Of a DNA stretch of 64,000 bases, positions 52,832-60,252 are shown in pieces. The position numbers and the translations under genes are program-made. The stretch spans positions 2,507 to 66,506 of the forward strand of contig CAZNPF010000003.1 of NCBI GenBank assembly GCA_964574995.1, given 5' to 3'. Under the pieces are notes generated by a model, which worked only from the letters and a program-made list of their open reading frames with translations, did no database searches and was not told where the DNA came from. Source of the stretch: an uncultured Pseudomonadales bacterium (lineage in GTDB: Bacteria > Pseudomonadota > Gammaproteobacteria > Pseudomonadales > JADFDG01). Every line of letters begins with the position of its first letter. Within the stretch, counting starts at the first letter, position 1.

Positions 52832-53770
52832 ATGACTGACAAGATCGTGCATGTCGCCGTCGCGGTGATCCGTGATGGCGATGGCCGCGTGCTATGTACG
52901 CAGCGGTTACCGCATCAGCATCTGGCGGGCCTTTGGGAGTTTCCCGGTGGCAAAGTCGAACCGGGTGAAACCTTGGCACAGGGGCTGCGTCGGGAAATCC
53001 GCGAAGAACTCGGGTTGGAAGTGGGCGCGACCGCGCCGTTACTGCGTTTGACGCACCACTATCCGGGTAAAACGGTGATGCTCGATACGTGGCGCGTGCT
53101 GGATTGGCATGGCGTACCGCAGGGCCGTGAAGGTCAGCCATTGCGTTGGCAACATCCAGAAGCCATGCAGGCCGCGGAGTTTCCACCGGCCGATGTGCCG
53201 ATTATCGAGGCACTGAAATTACCGACGCATTATCTGGTCACGCCAGACTTGCAAGATCAGGCCGCTGTCGACGCGTTTATTCGCCGCACAGTGCGCTCGC
53301 CGATACGCATGATTCAAATACGGCTGAAGATGATTCCGTCATTGGCAACCGATTTATGTGCGGCTTTGCGGCGGGCTTTGCCAGCGGCTCGCTTGCTGGT
53401 GAACAGCGATACGCTTGCTGCGTTGCCGACGGGCGCAGTGAAAAATTTTGATGGTGTGCACCTCACGGCTTCCGCGCTGATGAGCGTGCAAGAAAAGCCG
53501 GCATTATTTTGTGCGGCGTCTTGTCACAGTGCAGCGGAACTCACGAGAGCTCATGCGCTGGGTCTGGATTTCGTCACGCTGTCTCCGGTCTTAGCGACTG
53601 CTTCTCATGTACAAGCATCGCCCTTGGGCTGGGCAATGTTTTCCGAGCTGGCGACAGGCGCAGGTTTGCCGATTTATCCGTTAGGCGGCATGACCAATGA
53701 CATGCTGCCTCATGCCGTGCGTCAAGGCGCTGTAGGTATCGCCGGTATTCGCGGATTACTAGTCGATTAA
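52832..53770 (+). CDS. mutT: fusion of a MutT-type Nudix hydrolase with a thiamine-phosphate-synthase-like (TMP-TenI) domain
   Basis: N-terminal Nudix box GLWEFPGGKVEPGETLAQGLRREIREELG. The C-terminal ~170 aa is a TIM-barrel-like TenI/ThiE pattern (IQIRLK, GVHL, ASCHS, DFVTLSPV, PIYPLGGM). Confidence 0.85.
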   Translation: MTDKIVHVAVAVIRDGDGRVLCTQRLPHQHLAGLWEFPGGKVEPGETLAQGLRREIREELGLEVGATAPLLRLTHHYPGKTVMLDTWRVLDWHGVPQGREGQPLRWQHPEAMQAAEFPPADVPIIEALKLPTHYLVTPDLQDQAAVDAFIRRTVRSPIRMIQIRLKMIPSLATDLCAALRRALPAARLLVNSDTLAALPTGAVKNFDGVHLTASALMSVQEKPALFCAASCHSAAELTRAHALGLDFVTLSPVLATASHVQASPLGWAMFSELATGAGLPIYPLGGMTNDMLPHAVRQGAVGIAGIRGLLVD

Positions 53771-53818
53771 CTCGACGGCACGAAAGGCATATCGATCATT
53801 TGTGATCGATTGATGTGA

Positions 53819-54028
53819 TCAGTGTTTTTCGTCGGGCTCTGTCATGCCATCGGGTGGCGTTTGTTCCGGAATGCGATAGCGTTCACTGGCCCACGCGCCA
53901 AGATCACCGGTACGGCAACGCTCTGAACAAAATGGCCGGAACGGCGACTGTGCATCAAAGACAACTTTTTTGCCGCAACGTGGGCATTTAACGGTTGGCG
54001 CGGATTTGCTTGTGTTTGCGTGCTTCAT
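53819..54028 (-). CDS. yacG: DNA gyrase inhibitor YacG (zinc ribbon)
   Basis: 69 aa with CPRCGK...PFCSERCR...DLGAWASE. Its ATG overlaps the coaE stop (ATGA). Confidence 0.92.
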   Translation of the reverse strand: MKHANTSKSAPTVKCPRCGKKVVFDAQSPFRPFCSERCRTGDLGAWASERYRIPEQTPPDGMTEPDEKH

Positions 54029-54633
54029 GTGCCGGTTGTCGCCAGCGAAAGGTATTGCTGATGCAGAACAATAAGTTTGGCATGCAGATCGGCCAACGAA
54101 CCGTCATTGAGCACAACATCATTGGCGCGCGCGCGCCGATCATCGCGTGACATTTGTGCCGCCATGATCGCTTTGACTTGGTGTGCTTCGACGCCATCCC
54201 GCGCAGCAGTTCGGCGTAGTTGATGGTCTTCTGGTGCATCAATCAGCAGCGTTCGCGTCACGAAATTCTTCTGCCCGGTCTCGAACAACAACGGTGAAAC
54301 GAGTATGGCGTAGGGGGATGTTGCCATCGAAAGCTGGCGCAAGATTTCTTGTGCGATTAGCGGGTGCGTCAGTTGTTCCAGCCAGCGGCGCTCTTCGGGA
54401 TGGCTGAACACGAGATGACGCAGCGCGGCGCGGTCGAGGGTGCCGTCGGCAGAAATCACGTCAGCGCCGAAGTGATCAGCAATCGCCTTGAGGGCGGCGG
54501 TGCCAGGCTCCACGACCTGGCGAGCGACGACATCCGCATCGACGATGACGATGCCCTGCAATTTGAACCAGTCAGATGCCGCGGTTTTGCCGCTACCGAT
54601 GCCCCCCGTCAGCCCGACGATAAAAATAGACAC
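54025..54633 (-). CDS. coaE: dephospho-CoA kinase CoaE
   Basis: ORF 54025..54750. I place the start at the GTG (54633), 4 nt after the pilD stop, giving [18 protein letters not shown] (P-loop) and ~202 aa. The longer ORF would overlap pilD extensively. Confidence 0.9.
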   Translation of the reverse strand: MSIFIVGLTGGIGSGKTAASDWFKLQGIVIVDADVVARQVVEPGTAALKAIADHFGADVISADGTLDRAALRHLVFSHPEERRWLEQLTHPLIAQEILRQLSMATSPYAILVSPLLFETGQKNFVTRTLLIDAPEDHQLRRTAARDGVEAHQVKAIMAAQMSRDDRRARANDVVLNDGSLADLHAKLIVLHQQYLSLATTGT

Positions 54634-54637
54634 AGCA

Positions 54638-55495
54638 TCAACCTGCGATGCGAAATAGTTTGAGCGGGCCGTTGAGCAGTGCATCTCCCCACAACAAGGC
54701 GATAAAGCCGGCGGTGGCGAGGAAAGGACCGAAGGGGATGGGTTTGGCACGTTCGTGGCCGGCCAGCAACATCATGGCGATACCCATCAGTGCGCCGACG
54801 CCCGAAGACAGAATGATCACCAGCGGCAACTGTTGCCAGCCCAGCCATGCGCCAAGCGCTGCCAGCAATTTGAAATCGCCATAACCCATGCCTTCTTTGC
54901 CGGTAGCTAGCCGGAACAACCAGTACACGCTCCAAAGCGTTAGATATCCAGCCATGGCGCCGATCACGGCGTCATCCAGCGCAAGACCGCCGACTGGAAT
55001 AGCCACGAGCAAGCCGAGCCACAGTAACGGCAGTGTGATGTCATCCGGCAGCAGTTGCGTGTCGTAGTCGATCATCGTCAAGGCAATTAATGACCACGTA
55101 AAAACCAGCACGGCTAGCGTGCTCCACTGCGCACCCAGCAGGTAAACCACCAGCACGCTTAACAAACCCGTCGCGAGTTCAACGGCGGGATAGCGCGCGC
55201 TAATCGGTGCTTTGCAGGCGCTGCAGCGCCCGCGCAGGGCGAGCCAGCTCAGCAATGGAATATTTTCATACCACGTGATTGCGTGACTGCAATGCGGGCA
55301 GGCCGAAGGTGGCATCGCCAAGTTGTAGGCGCTGCGTTCGGGTAAAGGCTGATCGGGATGCTCAAGCAGGTATGCGTCGTCACGCCACCGCTGTTCCAGC
55401 ATACGCGGATAGCGGTGGATGACGACGTTCAAAAAACTGCCGACACAAAGGCCACCGACCAGCGCGATGGCCAATAAGAAAGTGTCTGACGACAA
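54638..55495 (-). CDS. pilD: prepilin peptidase / N-methyltransferase PilD
   Basis: 285-aa polytopic protein with the zinc-binding CPHC...CSAC pair and catalytic Asp contexts (MIDYDTQLLPD, GMGYGDFKLLAALG). Confidence 0.95.
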   Translation of the reverse strand: MSSDTFLLAIALVGGLCVGSFLNVVIHRYPRMLEQRWRDDAYLLEHPDQPLPERSAYNLAMPPSACPHCSHAITWYENIPLLSWLALRGRCSACKAPISARYPAVELATGLLSVLVVYLLGAQWSTLAVLVFTWSLIALTMIDYDTQLLPDDITLPLLWLGLLVAIPVGGLALDDAVIGAMAGYLTLWSVYWLFRLATGKEGMGYGDFKLLAALGAWLGWQQLPLVIILSSGVGALMGIAMMLLAGHERAKPIPFGPFLATAGFIALLWGDALLNGPLKLFRIAG

Positions 55496-55502
55496 GCGTG
55501 AA

Positions 55503-56732
55503 TCAACCGCCGCCGCTGACGACTTTGCCCATCTGGAAGATTGGCATGTACATGGCGATCATCAGGCCGCCGACCACAATGCCGAGGAAAGCCATGATCG
55601 CCGGTTCCATCATGGCGGTCAGACCGTCGACCGCGTTATCCACTTCGGCTTCGTAATAGGTGGCTACTTTATCGAGCATGGCATCGAGTGAACCGGCTTC
55701 TTCACCAATGGACGTCATTTGCACGGCCATTGCTGGAAAGATGGCGGCTTGTCGCATCGAATAAGTCAGGCTCTGACCGGTAGAAACATCCTCACGGATT
55801 TTCATGATCGCTTCGTAATAAACGTTATTGCCGGAGGCGTCAGCGCAGGATTTTAGCGCTTCGATCAGCGGCACACCTGCCGCAAAGGTGGTGGCCAACG
55901 TACGCGAGTAGCGAGCGACGGTGGACTTCAGAACGATATCGCCAACGATGGGCAACTTCAAATACATCTGATCCAGTCGATTACGTAATTCTTTGGAGCG
56001 TTTTTTGAATTCGCTGAACGCCCAGCCTGCTCCACCCATGATCAGCAGTGTGAGAATGCCCCACGCTTGCACCCACTTCGACATATTGATGGCCACCTGC
56101 GTCGGCTTCGGCAACTCGGCACCAAAACTGCCGAACAGATCAGCAAACACGGGAACCACTTTGACCAGCAAGATGACGGTCACGATGGCGGCAATCGTTA
56201 ATACTGTGATCGGGTATTTCATGGCCTTTTTGACTTTGAGCTTCAATGCCTCGGATTTTTCTTTGTAGGTAGCCACGCGATCAAGCATGGTTTCCAGAGC
56301 ACCCGACTGCTCACCTGCGGATACGAGGCTGACAAAAAGTTCGTCGAACAAATCCGGATATTTCTGGAGGGCATCCGCAAAACTGTTACCGCCTTCCACG
56401 TGAACTTTCAGCCCCAGCACGACTTCGCGCATTTTTGCGTTGCTGAGGCCGTCGGCCACGATGTCGAAGGACTGCAGCAGCGGTACACCGGCGCGCATCA
56501 TGGTGGCCATCTGGCGCGTGAAGATGGCGACGTCCATCGGATTGACTTTGCCGCCCTTGCCGAACAGCGAAGCACGTTTTTTCCGAATGACCGGATTGGT
56601 GATGCCTTGCTTGCGTAGCTGTGCTTTTACCGATGCCTCGGTTTTACCAGAGGCTTCGCCTTTGACTTTGGCGCCTTTTTTATCGACACCTTCGTAGACA
56701 AAGGTGATGGTTTGTTCTGCTGCAGCTGCCAT
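55503..56732 (-). CDS. pilC: type IV pilus platform protein PilC
   Basis: 409 aa with two GspF-type repeats and three TM segments. Positioned between pilB and pilD. Confidence 0.95.
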   Translation of the reverse strand: MAAAAEQTITFVYEGVDKKGAKVKGEASGKTEASVKAQLRKQGITNPVIRKKRASLFGKGGKVNPMDVAIFTRQMATMMRAGVPLLQSFDIVADGLSNAKMREVVLGLKVHVEGGNSFADALQKYPDLFDELFVSLVSAGEQSGALETMLDRVATYKEKSEALKLKVKKAMKYPITVLTIAAIVTVILLVKVVPVFADLFGSFGAELPKPTQVAINMSKWVQAWGILTLLIMGGAGWAFSEFKKRSKELRNRLDQMYLKLPIVGDIVLKSTVARYSRTLATTFAAGVPLIEALKSCADASGNNVYYEAIMKIREDVSTGQSLTYSMRQAAIFPAMAVQMTSIGEEAGSLDAMLDKVATYYEAEVDNAVDGLTAMMEPAIMAFLGIVVGGLMIAMYMPIFQMGKVVSGGG

Positions 56733-56771
56733 GGGTCGCTTCCGGCTGTGACGGGGTGCTGGGGAGTATTT

Positions 56772-58478
56772 TTAAGAGGTAATACGGTCAATTTCGGCGA
56801 GGCTGGTTAGCCCCATCTTGACTTTGTTCATGCCTGAACGCCGTAAGTCGTTGAAACCTTCCTTGCGGCATTGGTCGGCAATCTCGATGGCATTGCCTTC
56901 TTCCATCACGATGCGCTGAATAGCGTCGGTCATTTTCACGACTTCATAAACGCCGACGCGGCCTTTGTAGCCGCCCTTGCAGCGTTCGCAACCCACCGGG
57001 CCGTAAACGGTGAAGGTGCCGATTTCATCGTCGGTGTAGCCGAATTTTTTTAGCGTTTCAGCGGGGACATCCTGCTGTTTTTTGCAGTTCTCACAAAGGC
57101 GTCGACCCAAGCGTTGGGCAATGATCAAGTTGATGGACGTGGCGATGTTGAATGACGGCACGCCCATGTTGCGCAAGCGCGTCAGGGTTTCGGGTGCGGA
57201 GTTGGTGTGCAGGGTAGAGAGCACCATGTGGCCAGTTTGTGCGGCTTTTACGGCGATAGACGCGGTTTCCAGATCGCGAATCTCACCGACCAGAATGACG
57301 TCAGGATCTTGCCGCAGGAACGCTTTGAGGGCGGCAGAGAAATCCATGCCTTGCTTCGGGTTGACGTTGACCTGGTTGACGCCTTCGAAGTTGATTTCGA
57401 CCGGATCTTCGGCGGTGGAAATATTGCGATGCACTTCGTTGAGAATGTTGACGCCGGTGTACAGCGTGACGGTTTTGCCGGAACCCGTTGGCCCCGTCAC
57501 CAGCAACATGCCCTGCGGCTTGTCGAGTGCCGTCATGTAAAGCTCTTTTTGGTGCGGTTCGAAGCCCAGCATTTCGATGCCGATCTTGGCGCTATCGGGA
57601 TCGAGAATCCGCAATACAATTTTTTCGCCCCACAAGGTCGGGCAGGTGTTGACGCGGAAGTCGATCGCTTTGGTTTTGGAAATCTTCATCTTGATGCGGC
57701 CGTCCTGCGGGACGCGACGCTCGGAGATGTCGAGATTGGCCATAACCTTGAGGCGAGCGGCAATCTTGGCGGACTGTGAAACGGGTGGGCGCACCACTTC
57801 GTGCAACATGCCGTCGGTGCGAAAACGTACGCGATAGGCTTTTTCGTAAGGCTCGAAGTGCAAGTCCGAAGATCCGCCTTTGACGGCATCCAACAACAAC
57901 TTGTTGACGAAGCGAACGATCGGCGCGTCATCAGCGGCGCTGCCGACATCGCCACCGGCGGGCTCATCGTCGCCCGCAATAGTTTCCAGATTATCGAGAT
58001 CAGAATCCAAGCCTTCGAAGGCTTTGGATTCTGTCTGCGACATGAATTTTTCGAGCGTTTGGGCTAGCTTGTCCGCTTCGACGACGATGGCCTCGGTGTT
58101 CAGGCCGGTATTGAAACGGATTTCGTCGAGTGCTTGCAGATTGGCAGGGTCGGCAATGGCAATGAATAGACGGCTGCCGCGCTTCATCAGTGGCAGCACT
58201 TGGTGCTTGGTGATCAGTGCTTCGTTCACCAGATCTTTGGGCAGTGAGGTGATATCGAGCGCCGTGAGATCCAGCAGCGGATCACCAAACTCTTCGGCCG
58301 CCGCGACGGCGACGTCGCGCGATTTGGCGAGTTTGTTATCGACTAAGTATTTGGCCAGCGAAATCTTGCTCTGCTGAGCCGTGCGAACAGCGTCCCGCGC
58401 CGCGTTTTCGTTGATCAAACCGTCATTGACCAGTCGGCGGGCCAAGCCGCTGAGCATGACGTTGGGAGGGGTCGCCAT
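56772..58478 (-). CDS. pilB: type IV pilus assembly ATPase PilB
   Basis: 568 aa with Walker A GPTGSGKT, Asp/His boxes, the tetracysteine CENCK...CERCKGGYKGR, and an N-terminal MshEN-like domain. Confidence 0.96.
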   Translation of the reverse strand: MATPPNVMLSGLARRLVNDGLINENAARDAVRTAQQSKISLAKYLVDNKLAKSRDVAVAAAEEFGDPLLDLTALDITSLPKDLVNEALITKHQVLPLMKRGSRLFIAIADPANLQALDEIRFNTGLNTEAIVVEADKLAQTLEKFMSQTESKAFEGLDSDLDNLETIAGDDEPAGGDVGSAADDAPIVRFVNKLLLDAVKGGSSDLHFEPYEKAYRVRFRTDGMLHEVVRPPVSQSAKIAARLKVMANLDISERRVPQDGRIKMKISKTKAIDFRVNTCPTLWGEKIVLRILDPDSAKIGIEMLGFEPHQKELYMTALDKPQGMLLVTGPTGSGKTVTLYTGVNILNEVHRNISTAEDPVEINFEGVNQVNVNPKQGMDFSAALKAFLRQDPDVILVGEIRDLETASIAVKAAQTGHMVLSTLHTNSAPETLTRLRNMGVPSFNIATSINLIIAQRLGRRLCENCKKQQDVPAETLKKFGYTDDEIGTFTVYGPVGCERCKGGYKGRVGVYEVVKMTDAIQRIVMEEGNAIEIADQCRKEGFNDLRRSGMNKVKMGLTSLAEIDRITS

Positions 58479-58693
58479 TTTTCGAATTCTCCGCAGGCAA
58501 AACTCGTTCCACGTGAACGAGTTGGGACGGACTGTTCACCGTCCTTCGCAACCTCGGAAGGTAGCAGGAAAGGCGGGCGGACGGCCAGCGGCAGGCCGGG
58601 ACGGAGTTCGCAACTTCGTAGGGATTTTTTCATGGCCGGCGCGGGCCGCTGCTCGGATAGCCAAGCCGGATAGCCCATGATGACGTCTCGATT

Positions 58694-58709
58694 TGGCACG
58701 CTGGTCGCA
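58694..58709 (+). promoter_or_regulatory. sigma-54-like -24/-12 element, distal candidate
   Basis: TGGCAC-gctgg-TCGCA has correct GG/GC spacing. It lies ~195 nt before the pilA ATG, making it less likely than the proximal site. Confidence 0.3.
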
Positions 58710-58825
58710 ACGAACTGACAAAAATTGGCAAGAGCTGACGTGGTAGGTTCCAGGGCGTTTATCGACTGCGCTTAAGTGGGAGCGAGATGCTTGTCAGGTC
58801 AAGCACTTACGGTTAGGGTCCGCGC

Positions 58826-58841
58826 TGGCCCGGTTCGTGCA
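58826..58841 (+). promoter_or_regulatory. sigma-54-like -24/-12 element, proximal candidate pilA promoter
   Basis: TGGCCC-ggttc-GTGCA has correct GG/GC spacing, ~60 nt before the pilA ATG. pilA is RpoN/PilR-dependent in Pseudomonas and several other genera. Confidence 0.5.
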
Positions 58842-58902
58842 TTGGATCAGGTCAGTCTAGGGCCGACGGGCCTAGGACTTCACATAACCCTGGAGATATC
58901 CC

Positions 58903-59370
58903 ATGAAACTGCAGAAAGGCTTTACGCTGATCGAACTGATGATCGTGGTTGCGATCATCGGCATCTTGGCCGCCGTTGCTATCCCGGCGTACCAGGACTA
59001 CATCAAGACCTCCAACATGGCGAAGATCACCTCGCACTTCGAAGAAGGCTGCCGCGCCGTTCGTAACGAACTGTCGAAAGTCTCCAGCCGCTTGGGCATG
59101 GGCGTGAGTGTGAACAAGGAGTACGCCAACTTTGCAAACTCCACTGCCCTGATCAACAAAATCTTGGATCAAGACAATCGCAACGCCCCGGGTGGCGGTC
59201 GCGCATTCCAAGACCCGGTTAACGACAACACCGGTGCGGTCGGCGTGGAACTGACCACACCGCCGGCGTCGAGTATCGACTGGAGCGCTACCGTCGTCAC
59301 GATGACGCTCCCGACCTACAACAATGCGTTTGCTACCAAGACCTGCGTGGTTAACTTCCTGAACCTGTAA
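58903..59370 (+). CDS. pilA: type IVa major pilin PilA
   Basis: SD GGAGA. Class III signal MKLQKG|[27 protein letters not shown] with Gly-1, Phe+1 and Glu+5. 149-aa mature protein, divergent from pilB. Confidence 0.93.
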   Translation: MKLQKGFTLIELMIVVAIIGILAAVAIPAYQDYIKTSNMAKITSHFEEGCRAVRNELSKVSSRLGMGVSVNKEYANFANSTALINKILDQDNRNAPGGGRAFQDPVNDNTGAVGVELTTPPASSIDWSATVVTMTLPTYNNAFATKTCVVNFLNL

Positions 59371-59389
59371 TGGGTTTTGTGGGTTCGGC

Positions 59390-59418
59390 AAAGGGGGCGT
59401 AAGCCCCCTTTTTCGTTT
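59390..59418 (+). terminator. rho-independent terminator after pilA
   Basis: Stem AAGGGGGC / GCCCCCTT with loop GTAA, followed by TTTTTCGTTT. Confidence 0.85.
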
Positions 59419-59552
59419 GGTTTCATCTGATGGTGTGTCGCGTGAGGCTTGGGTGCTGCCCAGTCTTTCTTATGGGGTTGGGGGTTGCTGGCGGATAGGT
59501 CGCTCCCGTTATGCTTGTCGTCCGACCTTGGGGATTTCTTGGAGAAGTGGCC

Positions 59553-59966
59553 ATGCAACAACGATTGAACGGCATGCGTCAGCAACGCGGTTTTAGCGTG
59601 ATGGAAGTGATGGTGGCCGGAGTCCTCATGTTTGTGCTCGCAGCCGTGGGTATCCCGGCATACCAGAACTACCTGAAGACAGCGCGGCAAGAGGCGATCG
59701 TCGCCAAGGTCAACGCCTTCAAGGTGTTCATGGACAACTACGGGGTGGATAACAGCACTTACCACACAGGCACCTATTCATCGACGGGGGCCAACGACTT
59801 CACGGATACCGGCTACCGCATGAGCGGCGATAATGCCGACGGCATTTCCTTTACGGTGGAAGCGGGCAGTTGTGGCGACATCGCCAAGTGTTACCGCGTT
59901 GTTGCTCAAAATAAGCAGGGCGAGGTTGGCACCTTCGAGGCGAGCACGGGCAAGTGGAGCTGGTGA
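59553..59966 (+). CDS. second type IV pilin-like protein (minor-pilin-like N-terminus)
   Basis: ORF 59511..59966; the ATG at 59553 is preceded by GGAGAA. Prepilin motif MQQRLNGMRQQRG|FSVMEVMVAGVLMFVLAAVGIPAYQNY with Gly-1, Phe+1 and Glu+5. A short C-terminal Cys pair is present (SCGDIAKC). Confidence 0.8.
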   Translation: MQQRLNGMRQQRGFSVMEVMVAGVLMFVLAAVGIPAYQNYLKTARQEAIVAKVNAFKVFMDNYGVDNSTYHTGTYSSTGANDFTDTGYRMSGDNADGISFTVEAGSCGDIAKCYRVVAQNKQGEVGTFEASTGKWSW

Positions 59967-60027
59967 TTGCTGAGCCGCTTGGCCGCTCTTGCAGCGAGGA
60001 GTGACCTTCTGTAGCGTTGCGCCCCTT

Positions 60028-60103
60028 GCCGGAATAGCTCAGTCGGTAGAGCAGCGCATTCGTAATGCGAAGGTCGGAGGTTCGATTCCTCTTTCCGGCA
60101 CCA
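60028..60103 (+). tRNA. tRNA-Thr (anticodon CGU)
   Basis: 76 nt. Acceptor GCCGGAA/TTCCGGC, D arm GCTCAGTCGGTAGAGC, anticodon loop TTCGTAA, T arm GGAGGTTCGATTCCTCT, encoded CCA end. Occupies the same position as the tRNA-Thr next to pilA in P. aeruginosa. Confidence 0.95.
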
Positions 60104-60132
60104 CACGATCAGCACGGTGAATGCAGACGTGC

Positions 60133-60170
60133 AAAAACGAAAGGCCGCGATAGCGGCCTTTCGTTTTTTT
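60133..60170. terminator. bidirectional terminator between tRNA-Thr and the convergent GT-C-like gene
   Basis: 16-bp stem AAAAACGAAAGGCCGC / GCGGCCTTTCGTTTTT with loop GATA, flanked by A and T runs. Confidence 0.85.
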
Positions 60171-60214
60171 GACGCACAAATCTAGGCGATTTTGGAGCGT
60201 CCCTGCTGCGCATC

Positions 60215-60244
60215 GCATGCGTAATCCGTGCATGCGTAATCCGT
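60215..60244. repeat. perfect 15-bp tandem duplication (GCATGCGTAATCCGT x2)
   Basis: Read directly from the sequence. It lies 9 nt beyond the stop of the GT-C-like gene, before the terminator, and each unit contains the palindrome GCATGC. Confidence 0.9.
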
Positions 60245-60252
60245 GATGGAAC

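Noticed and set aside
54634-54750. Longer coaE ORF starting at 54750 or 54684
   Set aside because: It would overlap the pilD 3' end by 47-113 nt and add a Pro/Ser/Cys-rich extension before the P-loop. The GTG at 54633 gives the canonical [16 protein letters not shown] start 4 nt after the pilD stop.
58381-58699. 99-aa (+) and 94-aa (-) ORFs in the pilB/pilA spacer
   Set aside because: Both overlap the pilB 5' end, lack ribosome-binding sites and are Arg/Ala/Pro-rich. The region is better explained as regulatory DNA.
59316-59765. 149-aa reverse-strand ORF spanning the pilA terminator and the second pilin gene
   Set aside because: It is antisense to two genes with clear pilin signatures and crosses a strong terminator hairpin. 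No start context is present.
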